A stretch of 35,432 bases of DNA, taken from the IMG/VR virus record IMGVR_UViG_3300048576_000618, positions 1 to 35,432 of that record. One strand, written 5' to 3'. Of the stretch, positions 9,701 to 17,500 are shown piece after piece. The notes beneath the pieces are model-generated. The model had not been told where the DNA came from. It worked only from the letters and a program-made list of their open reading frames with translations, and made no database searches. How positions within the stretch are numbered: the first letter of the stretch is position 1; every line of letters starts with the position of its first letter. A program made the position numbers and the translations under genes. The stretch is from a virus (taxonomy: Duplodnaviria; Caudoviricetes).

Positions 9701-10891
9701 GCCCTGCTTTGCGTTTTTAAGCCTGTCAAACAGGATATCAAGCGTCATCGTTTCGCTCGATATTGAGGCATTCAATTCTTTTTGTGCATCTTCTGCCACT
9801 GTCGTAGCTGTTGCAAATTTGTATGCAACTACTGCAAGTCCTGCGAGTGCTGCGGCTGCGAGTGCGTACGGATTCATTAGGGCTGCGTTGTTGAATGCAA
9901 TTTGGTTTGCAGTAGCAAATCCTAATGCTTTTGCCATTGTCAAATACTCCTGTATAAATGTTGACAAAGCGACCGCTTTTTGCGCTACGGCAGTGACAAT
10001 TAAAGCGGCTTTATAAGCTCCGTATGCTGCTATAATTGGCTCTATCGCTCCAAGTATGTCTTGATAATGTTCAATAGCGCCAGTTGTTCCGGTTATTATG
10101 TCTGATAGGAAAGAATCATTGCTTTCTCCTATCTTATTCAGCATTCTATCCCAAGCATCTTCCAGGTTGCTAATTTGGCCAGTGAGAGTTTGAGATTGCT
10201 TTTCCATCAGGTTATAAAACATTCCACCCTGATTAGTAAGATTTTGAATAACCTGCTGAACCTGCGGAAATCCTATTTTGCCATTTTCAACCATTTTTGA
10301 AATCTGGTCATCAGCAACACCCATAACCTTTGCAAGCTCATGAATGATTGGAATTCCGGCCTCTGTGAATTGCCTCATGTCATCGCCTTGTAGCTTGCCT
10401 TTAGCCTTTACTTGACCGTATGCAAGAATAAGCCGGTCGAGAGGAACAGAAACGCCAGCAGATATATTGCCGAGTCGAATAACGGTGTCGTTTACATCTT
10501 CGGCGGCAACCTGATACGCAAGAAGTTGTTTTGCACCTGAAGCTACCTGAGTAAGCGTAAATGGTGTTTTTGCAGCTGTGTCAACAATCTGAGCCATCAG
10601 TTTATCTGACTTTTCCTTGCTGCCGAGCATTGTTGTAAATGCTACGTCAAGCTGTTGAAACTCTCCGCGCACATTAACAAGCTCACGTCCAAAACCGGTC
10701 AAAGCCTGAATACCGAAGTAACCGGCCATTAACCCACCTACTTTTGAAAATGCGTCATCAATTTTTTTACTCTCATTGACTGCCGACGAAGAAAGACCCT
10801 GTATTCTTCTTTCAGTTTCTTGACATCCTGCTATCAGCTTATCGTTATTCAGATACGCGTCAAATTCGAGTGCTCCGTTATCTGTATTCAT
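6782..10891 (-). CDS. Tape measure protein, 1369 aa
   Basis: Long helical Ala/Lys/Gln-rich protein with the tape-measure N-terminal domain (AAKTPF...AKQLLAY...YGQVKAKGKLQG). Follows the chaperone genes. Confidence 0.95.
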   Translation of the reverse strand: MNTDNGALEFDAYLNNDKLIAGCQETERRIQGLSSSAVNESKKIDDAFSKVGGLMAGYFGIQALTGFGRELVNVRGEFQQLDVAFTTMLGSKEKSDKLMAQIVDTAAKTPFTLTQVASGAKQLLAYQVAAEDVNDTVIRLGNISAGVSVPLDRLILAYGQVKAKGKLQGDDMRQFTEAGIPIIHELAKVMGVADDQISKMVENGKIGFPQVQQVIQNLTNQGGMFYNLMEKQSQTLTGQISNLEDAWDRMLNKIGESNDSFLSDIITGTTGAIEHYQDILGAIEPIIAAYGAYKAALIVTAVAQKAVALSTFIQEYLTMAKALGFATANQIAFNNAALMNPYALAAAALAGLAVVAYKFATATTVAEDAQKELNASISSETMTLDILFDRLKNAKQGTEEYQKAKESIIQKYGQYDSMLNTELNTVNGMKIAYDKLTKAVVDSAKARLKDKYTKDISDNYSEKIADQWQSVQKKLTDKLGSDAGNALLSQVKAAFDKSGKYAAENILSKNGISPQAVGWFSGSVSKTFDNIDQLNSKMKNDLKDTLSIFGDAQDATSKTATGTEKVIVKNKQYWEDQKKNAQTARDAMADTEKGSESWRKQSQLIAEADAHLKSYSDKQARAGKITPFGTLEYWTEVLKKMKDSITAYDSITGKAVGSKFNSKLQPTQKGVDITADIAAAEAKIKALTYRSFDEEMSYRKQQYDEYYQYVIMFGQEAANKQFEALKSRGSSYTEFLENKQKELQSIVSKGGATSEQIENLNKLTKALNEAKGIKDPFAQFQEDLSKLKDDSKTTTEYLEKLAETRKKVNDNKNLTPEQKTQALQLIDKTSSDESRKYFNDLLNQYKTTQQQIVELQANYNNDIEELNKRLFKAKTDDEKQQIMDAIAARNDAFKKSSGQFEVDQLMKSTDWTTLFGNMDTLTINKMIELRNRLEAEWSKLNLPPDQLKALRDQMDKINDQIRTKNPFAALKDAFQSYKSATKDEDKDKAFKDIFKSAASGIDLVKGSFDAVIGGMDKMGISMSENTKAVIGDIDGIMSGASQLATGIASGNPLSIIQGSISVISSGYDLLFGSKDRKLEATIKKHQDNVKDLQATYEQLERTIDKALGSETYANQVSAIKNLKQQQQEYQAMIAAEEAKKKTDSGKIDEYKNQITDIQNKIEDTVNSIREDLIGGAVKDVADSLGDAIITAFANGEDAAQAWANKVNDVVGDVIKKMLIQKLVEEPVGNIINKYLAKWVDSDGNFLGFDSVMTQAAQMGTELTSLSSGITSVLDQMPDSIKKYLGDSNSSSSSLSGSISSTVTEETATLLAGYINAIRINQAQSIDIMRNQLLKLDEIAKNTAYNKFLENIDKTLSKLSGDSLRGLGLN

Positions 10892-10893
10892 AA

Positions 10894-11106
10894 TTACCCA
10901 AGTAAATTAATGTATTGTGAAACATTCTCAGCGTTTTCCTTGTTGAGTTTCATGTCGTCGTCGTCATCTTTCTTAAATTCATACGACGGTAAATCGCTCA
11001 TAAACCGCTGTACAATCGCCCATGCGATGCCGTTGTGTAAATAGTCCCATGTCCAGTGAAGATGAGCGCATATCGCAGCCCTTCGCCCGTACGGACTGTT
11101 TAAGCC
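10894..11106 (-). CDS. Tail assembly chaperone T segment (probable -1 frameshift extension)
   Basis: Open frame GLNSPYGRR...LHWTWDYL...LG lies in the -1 frame relative to 11100-11663. It has no convincing start of its own and sits just upstream of TMP. Confidence 0.65.
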   Translation of the reverse strand, partial: GLNSPYGRRAAICAHLHWTWDYLHNGIAWAIVQRFMSDLPSYEFKKDDDDDMKLNKENAENVSQYINLLG

Positions 11107-11663
11107 TTTTGTTTTTCCTCTATCAGATTCGGCATCGTCGTCCTTGCTGCTGACATCAATCTGATAGAGCTGATAAAATCCCCTATGTTCGACATTGTGT
11201 TGATCAGGATGCAATACTGAACCAACTGTGAAGGTTTCAAATTCATAAAAAACAACTCCGTCAATTCATCAAGGCGTTTGTCATCATTCTTATGAACGAT
11301 TCTGCCGCTTTCCTGTATGCTTATCACGTAATCCTGACCAATCACCGCAAGCGCAATAATTCTTGCAAGTCTTCGTCCATGTTTAGACACGAGCATTTTA
11401 GCCTCCTGCATTGCAGACTCTTTAAGTAATGATTCGTCAATTCTCAAATCAATTTGCTCTGCTGTAATTCTGTCAAGAGTTGAAAGTGTAGGTTCATGAA
11501 TGGTGAATTTTACAGTTTCAATTCTTTTCACCTTCTTCCAAAAACGTTTTATAAATCCGTGGTGACGGACGTATATTGTCCTATCAACACTAATGTTCAC
11601 CCCTTTGTCTATCAACAGGTTTATTTCTTGTTTTTCAGCAATAATTTTTTCTTCTTCCGTCAT
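11100..11663 (-). CDS. Tail assembly chaperone G
   Basis: 187 aa, located between the tail tube and TMP genes. Confidence 0.75.
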   Translation of the reverse strand: MTEEEKIIAEKQEINLLIDKGVNISVDRTIYVRHHGFIKRFWKKVKRIETVKFTIHEPTLSTLDRITAEQIDLRIDESLLKESAMQEAKMLVSKHGRRLARIIALAVIGQDYVISIQESGRIVHKNDDKRLDELTELFFMNLKPSQLVQYCILINTMSNIGDFISSIRLMSAARTTMPNLIEEKQKA

Positions 11664-11676
11664 GTCATTGTGTATT

Positions 11677-11711
11677 AAAAAAGCCCCGAAAAGAAATATT
11701 CCGGGGCTTTT
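11677..11711 (-). terminator. Intrinsic terminator after the major tail gene
   Basis: AAAAGCCCCG...CGGGGCTTTT stem, followed by a T6 run on the minus strand. Confidence 0.75.
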
Positions 11712-11739
11712 CGGTTACGATTTAACGCCTTTCGATTGT

Positions 11740-12498
11740 TTATGCACCAGCCTGTGTCACAGGAACTATTGCAGTAAGACCATCCGCAACTATGGTCACA
11801 TTTGCAGTCCTGCTTTCACTGTTAGTGTTTGCAGTCACCTTAACAGTAACTACTTTGCCAGAGCGTGTAACCGTCAACCATTCAACATCGTTAGGAGCCG
11901 ATGCGTAAGACACATTTCCGGTAGATGTTGCTGTAATTGTCTGCCCGGTAGCATCAGCAGCAGCGGTAAAGTTTAATGATGTAGGAGCTACTACAAGTCC
12001 AGAACTTGCCGCATATGAATGAATTGACTTTCCGGATGTAACTGCCTGTGGTGTCACTGTGAATTCTACAAGGAAAATTCCTTTTGCGCTGAATTCTGCA
12101 TTAATAGTAGCTTCAATGTCAGCGTTCGGGATGTCTATCAGAAGCCCTTGTTCCGTGACAACCTGAATAGCTTTGTTGTCAACAGTCTCAGTCCCATCAA
12201 ATCCCCATTTTTTAGCCCCTGCGGTGCCGATATTCGTTCCACCCACGTAGCTGATAAGCGTGTCTACATCAGCATCCATGATCGAAAATGTCAAAACAGG
12301 TATTTTCTTCTGTTTTTTTGTAACCTCTGGCGCAGATTTTCCTTCTTCAAAATGCTGAGTTACATCTGCTTTGTCCTGTGCCAATTTACATGAGTCCTTG
12401 TAGGTTTTGCCTATCTTCGACATAGAAGAAGGCATTGTGCCGGATGTACTTGCCGTTCCTACATTAATTTGAGATAATCCTAATGTGATTAATGACAT
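11740..12498 (-). CDS. Major tail (tube) protein with a C-terminal BACON/Ig-like domain
   Basis: Probable start MSLITLG at 12498. C-terminal V.PTSLNF...WLTV...N...R.A.V.I...V.Q pattern is characteristic of BACON domains. Followed by a terminator. Confidence 0.85.
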   Translation of the reverse strand: MSLITLGLSQINVGTASTSGTMPSSMSKIGKTYKDSCKLAQDKADVTQHFEEGKSAPEVTKKQKKIPVLTFSIMDADVDTLISYVGGTNIGTAGAKKWGFDGTETVDNKAIQVVTEQGLLIDIPNADIEATINAEFSAKGIFLVEFTVTPQAVTSGKSIHSYAASSGLVVAPTSLNFTAAADATGQTITATSTGNVSYASAPNDVEWLTVTRSGKVVTVKVTANTNSESRTANVTIVADGLTAIVPVTQAGA

Positions 12499-12509
12499 AA
12501 TTGTAATTT

Positions 12510-12917
12510 TTATTGTTGTATATTCCAAGTAATTCTTATATTGACAAAGTGTTGAGCAACATCGGCTTCTGCAAGTATATTTTGTGATTCAACTGACATT
12601 TTCAATCCTGGTATTCTTGCGTTTCTGATAGCATTTACAACCAACAAGGATATAGATTGCAGTTTTGCCGTATCGGCTACGTTTTGCTGCACTCCTCCGA
12701 TGGTTACTTTCAAATCGGGTACATGAATATTAATGTTCGATGTCCCAATTTGAGGAAGCGAGTCTTGTGTCAGTGTAATCGTGTTTACAACAATATCGAT
12801 TAGCTTTGAACTTGTCGGCCTATCAACCAGATAAATGCCACCAGTAACGGCTGATTTTATAGCCGGTACATTTACGGTAGTAAATAAAATAGTATCAGTG
12901 TCAAATGATAATTTCAT
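12510..12917 (-). CDS. Tail terminator/completion protein
   Basis: 135 aa immediately upstream of the tail tube gene (synteny). Confidence 0.6.
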   Translation of the reverse strand: MKLSFDTDTILFTTVNVPAIKSAVTGGIYLVDRPTSSKLIDIVVNTITLTQDSLPQIGTSNINIHVPDLKVTIGGVQQNVADTAKLQSISLLVVNAIRNARIPGLKMSVESQNILAEADVAQHFVNIRITWNIQQ

Positions 12918-13372
12918 TATTCAATAAGCTTATTGATATTGCGTTTAAGTTGTTCAAGTAATTTCGGCAGTTCTTGCGTGGCGAGCATCTCTGTTGATGT
13001 AAGCACGTCCCGTCCTGTAGCTTCTACATACAATGCGTAATTCATTCCGGCCACAACAACAAGCAAAAGCCCTTTGTCATATTTAGCGGCTGCGTTACCA
13101 GCAATTCTTTTGCCTTCATTTACGCCCTGTGATCCGTTAAGTGTATTATAAAATGCTTCACGCAATGCTACACCGTCTTTGAAAACCACATATCCGACAG
13201 ACGAGCGCAGATTTCCGGTTTGGTCGGTGTAATCCCCATTTTCACGCGCATGTTTCACGCATAGTTCGCCTAGGTATTGAAGTTTTTGTATTTGCCTTTT
13301 TTCAACTACTTCCAGAAAGGAATCTAACCGGCTTCTTATGTCTGCTTGTGTGAATTTTGGTGTTATAGCCAT
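12917..13372 (-). CDS. Neck / tail completion protein (HK97 gp10-like)
   Basis: DQTGNLRSS and YALYVE motifs. Probable start MAITPK at 13372. Confidence 0.75.
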   Translation of the reverse strand: MAITPKFTQADIRSRLDSFLEVVEKRQIQKLQYLGELCVKHARENGDYTDQTGNLRSSVGYVVFKDGVALREAFYNTLNGSQGVNEGKRIAGNAAAKYDKGLLLVVVAGMNYALYVEATGRDVLTSTEMLATQELPKLLEQLKRNINKLIE

Positions 13373-13680
13373 AACCTGCAATTGAGTTGACCTTTGTCAA
13401 ACTTCAACACCTTACCTGTTATTCTAATACCGTCATTTGATAGTACCTGAATTTCGGTAAGTACATTGATTGGCAATACATTAACAGGCATATAGACAAC
13501 CGATGAAAAAACAATTGCTTGACCATCTGATAAGGCGATTAAAGTGCCTTTCCCGTTCGTTTCTTCCCTGCATTCTGTAACATAAACCCACGATTCACCA
13601 CCATTCGACCAACTCCCGTCAGGGTTTTGAGTCGATTCTGAAACTTGTTTTACTTGTAGTGTATGTGGGTATTGTATCAT
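13363..13680 (-). CDS. Head closure / head-tail adaptor protein
   Basis: 105-aa beta-rich protein in the neck gene cluster (synteny). Confidence 0.6.
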   Translation of the reverse strand: MIQYPHTLQVKQVSESTQNPDGSWSNGGESWVYVTECREETNGKGTLIALSDGQAIVFSSVVYMPVNVLPINVLTEIQVLSNDGIRITGKVLKFDKGQLNCRLWL

Positions 13681-13682
13681 GA

Positions 13683-13991
13683 TTACCAGTAATGCGAACG
13701 GTTACGGATTGTTGATTGTAGCGGATTGAATACACCGTACTTTGAAAATATGCCGGTTGCAAGCTTCGTTAAGTTTGCTTTTTCAGTCATTGACGCCTGA
13801 TAATTTCCTTCTGCGATTGAACCTGACGTAACAAGCAATACATATAAATTGGCCGTTGCCAATTCAAATGCTTTTGTAATACCTGTATATTCGTCAATAT
13901 CTTTTATTCCCTGATCGATCAGAAGCTTTTGTAGTTTCTTATCTTCTACAGGATAATTGCAGGCTGCCGATATTGCTTCAAGATTTGTCAT
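13683..13991 (-). CDS. Head-tail connector protein
   Basis: Probable start MTNLEAI at 13991. First gene after the capsid gene. Confidence 0.6.
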   Translation of the reverse strand: MTNLEAISAACNYPVEDKKLQKLLIDQGIKDIDEYTGITKAFELATANLYVLLVTSGSIAEGNYQASMTEKANLTKLATGIFSKYGVFNPLQSTIRNRSHYW

Positions 13992-14003
13992 GATAAATAG
14001 CAT

Positions 14004-14030
14004 AGGGGGCTATATTTCAAGCCCCCTTTT
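14004..14030. terminator. GC-rich hairpin after the major capsid gene
   Basis: AGGGGGCT-N8-AGCCCCCT. The T-run is on the plus strand, so on the coding strand it may be a stabiliser or weak terminator. Confidence 0.55.
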
Positions 14031-14032
14031 GG

Positions 14033-15127
14033 TTACTTATTCCAACTCGTGTTGTTGGTTTGCAACAAGTACGAGCGGGTCGATTGGTTCCATGCCGGGA
14101 ATGCGTTAGCGATACCCTGTGTAACTTCTTTCACCGGTTCTTCGTTGCTGAACTTTTTGATCAGAGTGTGACCGTTCATCACTTTCAGAGCTACCGAATT
14201 TTGAACATTCAGATCGATAGGACGCTTCCAGTAGGTAGTTCCTAAAATCTGAGATTCAGAGAAGGTGACAACGTTCGATTCAAACGGATTTACAGTCGTG
14301 CGGTTGCCGTTAGGCAATTCGATGGTCAATTGCTGATCGATAACAACGATTTGCAAACCGTACAGGTCAGGACGACGAGTCATCATGCTGTTTACGTCTG
14401 TGAGAGCAGGAACCTGAGCGGCACCGGCAATATTTGCCAACATGGTAGCGCACATTTTGATAGTTTCGTCTTGCGAGGCAAGAGAAACAAATGTGTCAAG
14501 GTTCATGAAAGCGTACTTCAGGTAAATACCTTTTGCGCGGTATGCTTTCACGATTGCCGGGAAATCTTTCGAGAATGGCTTTCCGGTCGTTCCATTATCC
14601 CAACGAGTATTTACGCCACCTTTTTGATCAGATTCGAGTTGATAATCAACGTCAAATTCAGTCAATACAGCCGAGTTGTTGGTATTGGTAACTTTAACCT
14701 TACCCAATGAGATCTGTTGTAATGCAATCCATTCGAGACGAGCAGCAACACCGTCCCAGCAGAACTGGGTATCTTCAGCCCAAAAGTCAACCAAAGCGCG
14801 AAGGTCAGGGTTTCCACCGGCCATTGCGATCATAATGTCATATTCCGTCAGTTCATCTTCCAGCTTGTCGCGAGAAATGGCAATTTTAGGAATATCACCC
14901 TGAATACGGGCGATCGCTTCACGGGTTTTTTTGGGGATAGATGATCCACGAGCCACAAGGTCGGCAGCGATTCTCAAACCGGCTTGTCCTTCAAGCATTT
15001 TCCAAGTCAAAGTATTGGTTTCCTTTAACGGGAAGAGAGTAGGATAGTAGAAGTCATTCAACTTGTAGGTATTAACTACAGCCTGCATGTCTTTCTCGTT
15101 CAATCCTAACATCAATGTCTTTTGCAT
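14033..15127 (-). CDS. Major capsid protein (lambda gpE-like family)
   Basis: 364 aa with LFP near the N-terminus, GDIPKI, ARLEW..LQ..S.G and a C-terminal ANAFP. Follows scaffold and decoration genes. Confidence 0.9.
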   Translation of the reverse strand: MQKTLMLGLNEKDMQAVVNTYKLNDFYYPTLFPLKETNTLTWKMLEGQAGLRIAADLVARGSSIPKKTREAIARIQGDIPKIAISRDKLEDELTEYDIMIAMAGGNPDLRALVDFWAEDTQFCWDGVAARLEWIALQQISLGKVKVTNTNNSAVLTEFDVDYQLESDQKGGVNTRWDNGTTGKPFSKDFPAIVKAYRAKGIYLKYAFMNLDTFVSLASQDETIKMCATMLANIAGAAQVPALTDVNSMMTRRPDLYGLQIVVIDQQLTIELPNGNRTTVNPFESNVVTFSESQILGTTYWKRPIDLNVQNSVALKVMNGHTLIKKFSNEEPVKEVTQGIANAFPAWNQSTRSYLLQTNNTSWNK

Positions 15128-15146
15128 ATCTGTAATTTTTTAAGGG

Positions 15147-15722
15147 TTAAACAATGTAGTTGATACCTTTCAGCGTGGATTTCAGCGTATCGTTTACGGC
15201 AGGTGCATTTACGGCACGTACCACGGCGATAACCTGTGCATCTACAAACAAGTTGTCAGAAGCGACAACATCAGCATTTTGACCCGCAATGCAGGTAGGA
15301 ACATATTTTACGATTTTGTTTGCGCCTGCTGTTTCGTAGGCAACTGTTTTAGAAGCTGCTGTAATAGCAACCCCGAGAGTAGTACCTACAGTAACAACAT
15401 CTTTCGATGCGTCCGTTTTGTCAATAGCAGTGATAGCCTGACCATTTGCACCTTCGGTACCGATTTTGTCACCTACTTTTAAGTGACTTCCTTTTGCAAT
15501 TGAAATAGTTGTAGCATCTGCTGCAACATCTTCAACGATCAATGCAGTTTTGGTGACATGATACATCCCGTCGTCTGCCAAATAAGCAAGAGGCGTACCT
15601 TCCAAAAGTGCAGATCCACCAAGTTCAGCCGTTTTCACGGTAACACCTCCTGGCACATCGGCCAATCGGTGTAGGATAGCCTTTACGATCCGGCTATCTT
15701 TGCTTTTTGAGATCTTCAACAT
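15147..15722 (-). CDS. Head decoration protein
   Basis: 191 aa with DVPGGV...EGTPL. Between scaffold and capsid genes. Confidence 0.7.
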   Translation of the reverse strand: MLKISKSKDSRIVKAILHRLADVPGGVTVKTAELGGSALLEGTPLAYLADDGMYHVTKTALIVEDVAADATTISIAKGSHLKVGDKIGTEGANGQAITAIDKTDASKDVVTVGTTLGVAITAASKTVAYETAGANKIVKYVPTCIAGQNADVVASDNLFVDAQVIAVVRAVNAPAVNDTLKSTLKGINYIV

Positions 15723-15742
15723 TTTAGTGTTTTTTTAATGTG

Positions 15743-16459
15743 TTACAATTTTTTGCCTTCAAGATTTGCATCCGGCTTTGTCTTGTCATCCACATAAGCG
15801 GCTACCGCGGACGATATGCCATCTTTGTTTTGACCACCCATCAGCGGGCGACCGTGACCGGATAAACCTATATCGGCTATTTCCTGATTTAAACCTGTAA
15901 TGTCCGTATCGAGTCCTGTCAAGTATTCTGCAAACTTCTCGTCGTTTTCAAAGTTCATGAAACCGAAATCTTTCAGTTTTTGAGCCTTGAATTGTTCTCC
16001 TATTTTGTTCCCTTCAGGAAATACGGAGAGCTTTGATTGAAGTTGTTGAAGCCTTGTTTCGTTTACTTTTTGACCTTCAAAAGCAGAAAGTTTTTGCTGC
16101 AATGGTTCTACCGCTGTTTTTACAGCGTTAGCAACGATAGTAGCAATGTCGTTTGTATCTGTTGCCTTGTTAGGGTCTGGGTCCTTGTTTGGATCCGGCT
16201 CTTTCTTTTCAACAAAATCAAACTTCTTCTTCAAGGTACCTTCGTAGGTCTTGTTTGCTTCGGACACCTCTTTGTCCACGTCTTTGCGGTAGTCTGACAC
16301 AAACTCATTCACCTTTTCAGGAGTAAGTTTTTCGACCAGTGCGCCCGCTTCTGTTTCATCTGCGGCTTGTAACGACAAGGCATTTGCCAATCGTGCCAAC
16401 CCGTCTTTTCGCACGCCTGCAAACTTTGCTACCAGTAATGCGAGAATTTTTTCTTTCAT
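15743..16459 (-). CDS. Capsid scaffolding protein
   Basis: 238 aa, charged and helical with a PDPNK repeat linker. First gene of the head operon. Confidence 0.75.
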   Translation of the reverse strand: MKEKILALLVAKFAGVRKDGLARLANALSLQAADETEAGALVEKLTPEKVNEFVSDYRKDVDKEVSEANKTYEGTLKKKFDFVEKKEPDPNKDPDPNKATDTNDIATIVANAVKTAVEPLQQKLSAFEGQKVNETRLQQLQSKLSVFPEGNKIGEQFKAQKLKDFGFMNFENDEKFAEYLTGLDTDITGLNQEIADIGLSGHGRPLMGGQNKDGISSAVAAYVDDKTKPDANLEGKKL

Positions 16460-16493
16460 GTGTTCAAAAATTTTGGTTTATAATCAAGCAGAA

Positions 16494-16520
16494 CAAAATT
16501 AACAAGTATCACTCTGATAC
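16494..16520 (-). promoter_or_regulatory. Head-operon promoter: -7 box TAATTTTG (16494-16501) with upstream operator GTATCACTCTGATAC (16506-16520)
   Basis: Matches TAnnTTTG; the operator has 1 mismatch to the palindrome. Confidence 0.7.
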
Positions 16521-16639
16521 ACTAATAATCAGCGTTTGACTTATGAAAAATTTATGCTTTCAGAATGTTACGGTGTTAAATATCTGGTAAATTAACATGA
16601 TTTAACCACTACACAGATACATATATTCAATATATGTAA

Positions 16640-16666
16640 TACTTTTGCACCGTATCACAGTGATAC
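16640..16666 (+). promoter_or_regulatory. Island promoter: -7 box TACTTTTG (16640-16647) and operator GTATCACAGTGATAC (16652-16666)
   Basis: Perfect palindrome over the expected transcription start; first ATG at 16694. Confidence 0.75.
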
Positions 16667-16693
16667 AACAAATAACATTCAAACTGATACATT

Positions 16694-16843
16694 ATGAAAC
16701 CAAAAACCTATTCAGTATCTAGAGAAAAAGCAATTAAAATAGCAATGAATCATAATTGCGTATCGCGTGAAGTGGCAGAAGAGTACACAGACTCGGAACT
16801 AAAAGAAGTTCTTAGGCACTTAAGTATTAAGGCTAATTTTTAA
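16694..16843 (+). CDS. Small hypothetical protein, 49 aa (MKPKTYSVSREKAIKIAMNHNCVSREVAEEYTDSELKEVLRHLSIKANF)
   Basis: Translated by hand (below the ORF-track cutoff). First ORF after the promoter, with an AT-rich leader. Confidence 0.65.
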   Translation: MKPKTYSVSREKAIKIAMNHNCVSREVAEEYTDSELKEVLRHLSIKANF

Positions 16844-16862
16844 TCAATAATCTTATACAATA

Positions 16863-17078
16863 ATGGCAGCAAAAGAAATCCTAACTGTTTACAACGCTTG
16901 CAAAGCCGCTACAGTGTCATGCATCAGCAATCCAGAATGGGGAACAAAGCGATTTAACTACAACGAACAGCCATTGACAGAAGGACGATTTGCAAGTACT
17001 GTTGGAATCGGTTGTAATTCAAAAGTACTGTTTGAAAGTGAATATCATTTATGGCAAATAGAAAATGGCATTATTTAA
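16863..17078 (+). CDS. Small hypothetical protein, 71 aa
   Basis: Co-oriented island ORF; its stop overlaps the next ATG (TAATG). Confidence 0.65.
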   Translation: MAAKEILTVYNACKAATVSCISNPEWGTKRFNYNEQPLTEGRFASTVGIGCNSKVLFESEYHLWQIENGII

Positions 17079-17500
17079 TGAATCCTCAATTCAAATCAAA
17101 GGGAGGATCGGTAGATAAACCCTGTTTTACTTTGATTGCCGGAATGGACAAGTCGCCAGCTTATTTGATAGAGACTTCAACCGATATTAAAAAAGTTCCT
17201 TCGTTTGTAAAAATATATTCGGATCATATTGTATATGAGATTTACGATACGGATTCGGATATAATTAAGAAGGTGAAAGAGTTCATGGCTTTATACGGAA
17301 TTATCGACATTAAAATGCGAATGCTTCGTATTCCGGAGCTGAAAAAAATAATGGGTTTCCCGGAAGATTATATTTTGATAGGCACTCAAGCAGAGCAAAA
17401 AAAATTTATCGGGAATGCGGTTGAAGTTCACATGGCTTCGGCATTAGTAAAAGCAACAGCTTTAGGATTAATAAATAAAAATAAAAGCATAGCAGTATGA
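17051..17500 (+). pseudogene. C-terminal fragment of a DNA cytosine-C5 methyltransferase (end of TRD plus motifs IX-X)
   Basis: RML.IPEL..IMGFPEDY...QKKFIGNAV corresponds to motifs IX/X. No motif I (FxGxG) or ENV motif upstream. Could be translated from ATG 17051 or 17078. Confidence 0.7.

Noticed and set aside
770-16539. Numerous plus-strand ORFs within the structural module, and similar antisense ORFs elsewhere
   Set aside because: They are antisense shadows of well-supported minus-strand genes, with no recognisable motifs.
16574-16597. TGTTAA-N12-TTAACA inverted repeat as a second operator
   Set aside because: Short, AT-rich and not seen repeated with the same spacing; may be chance.
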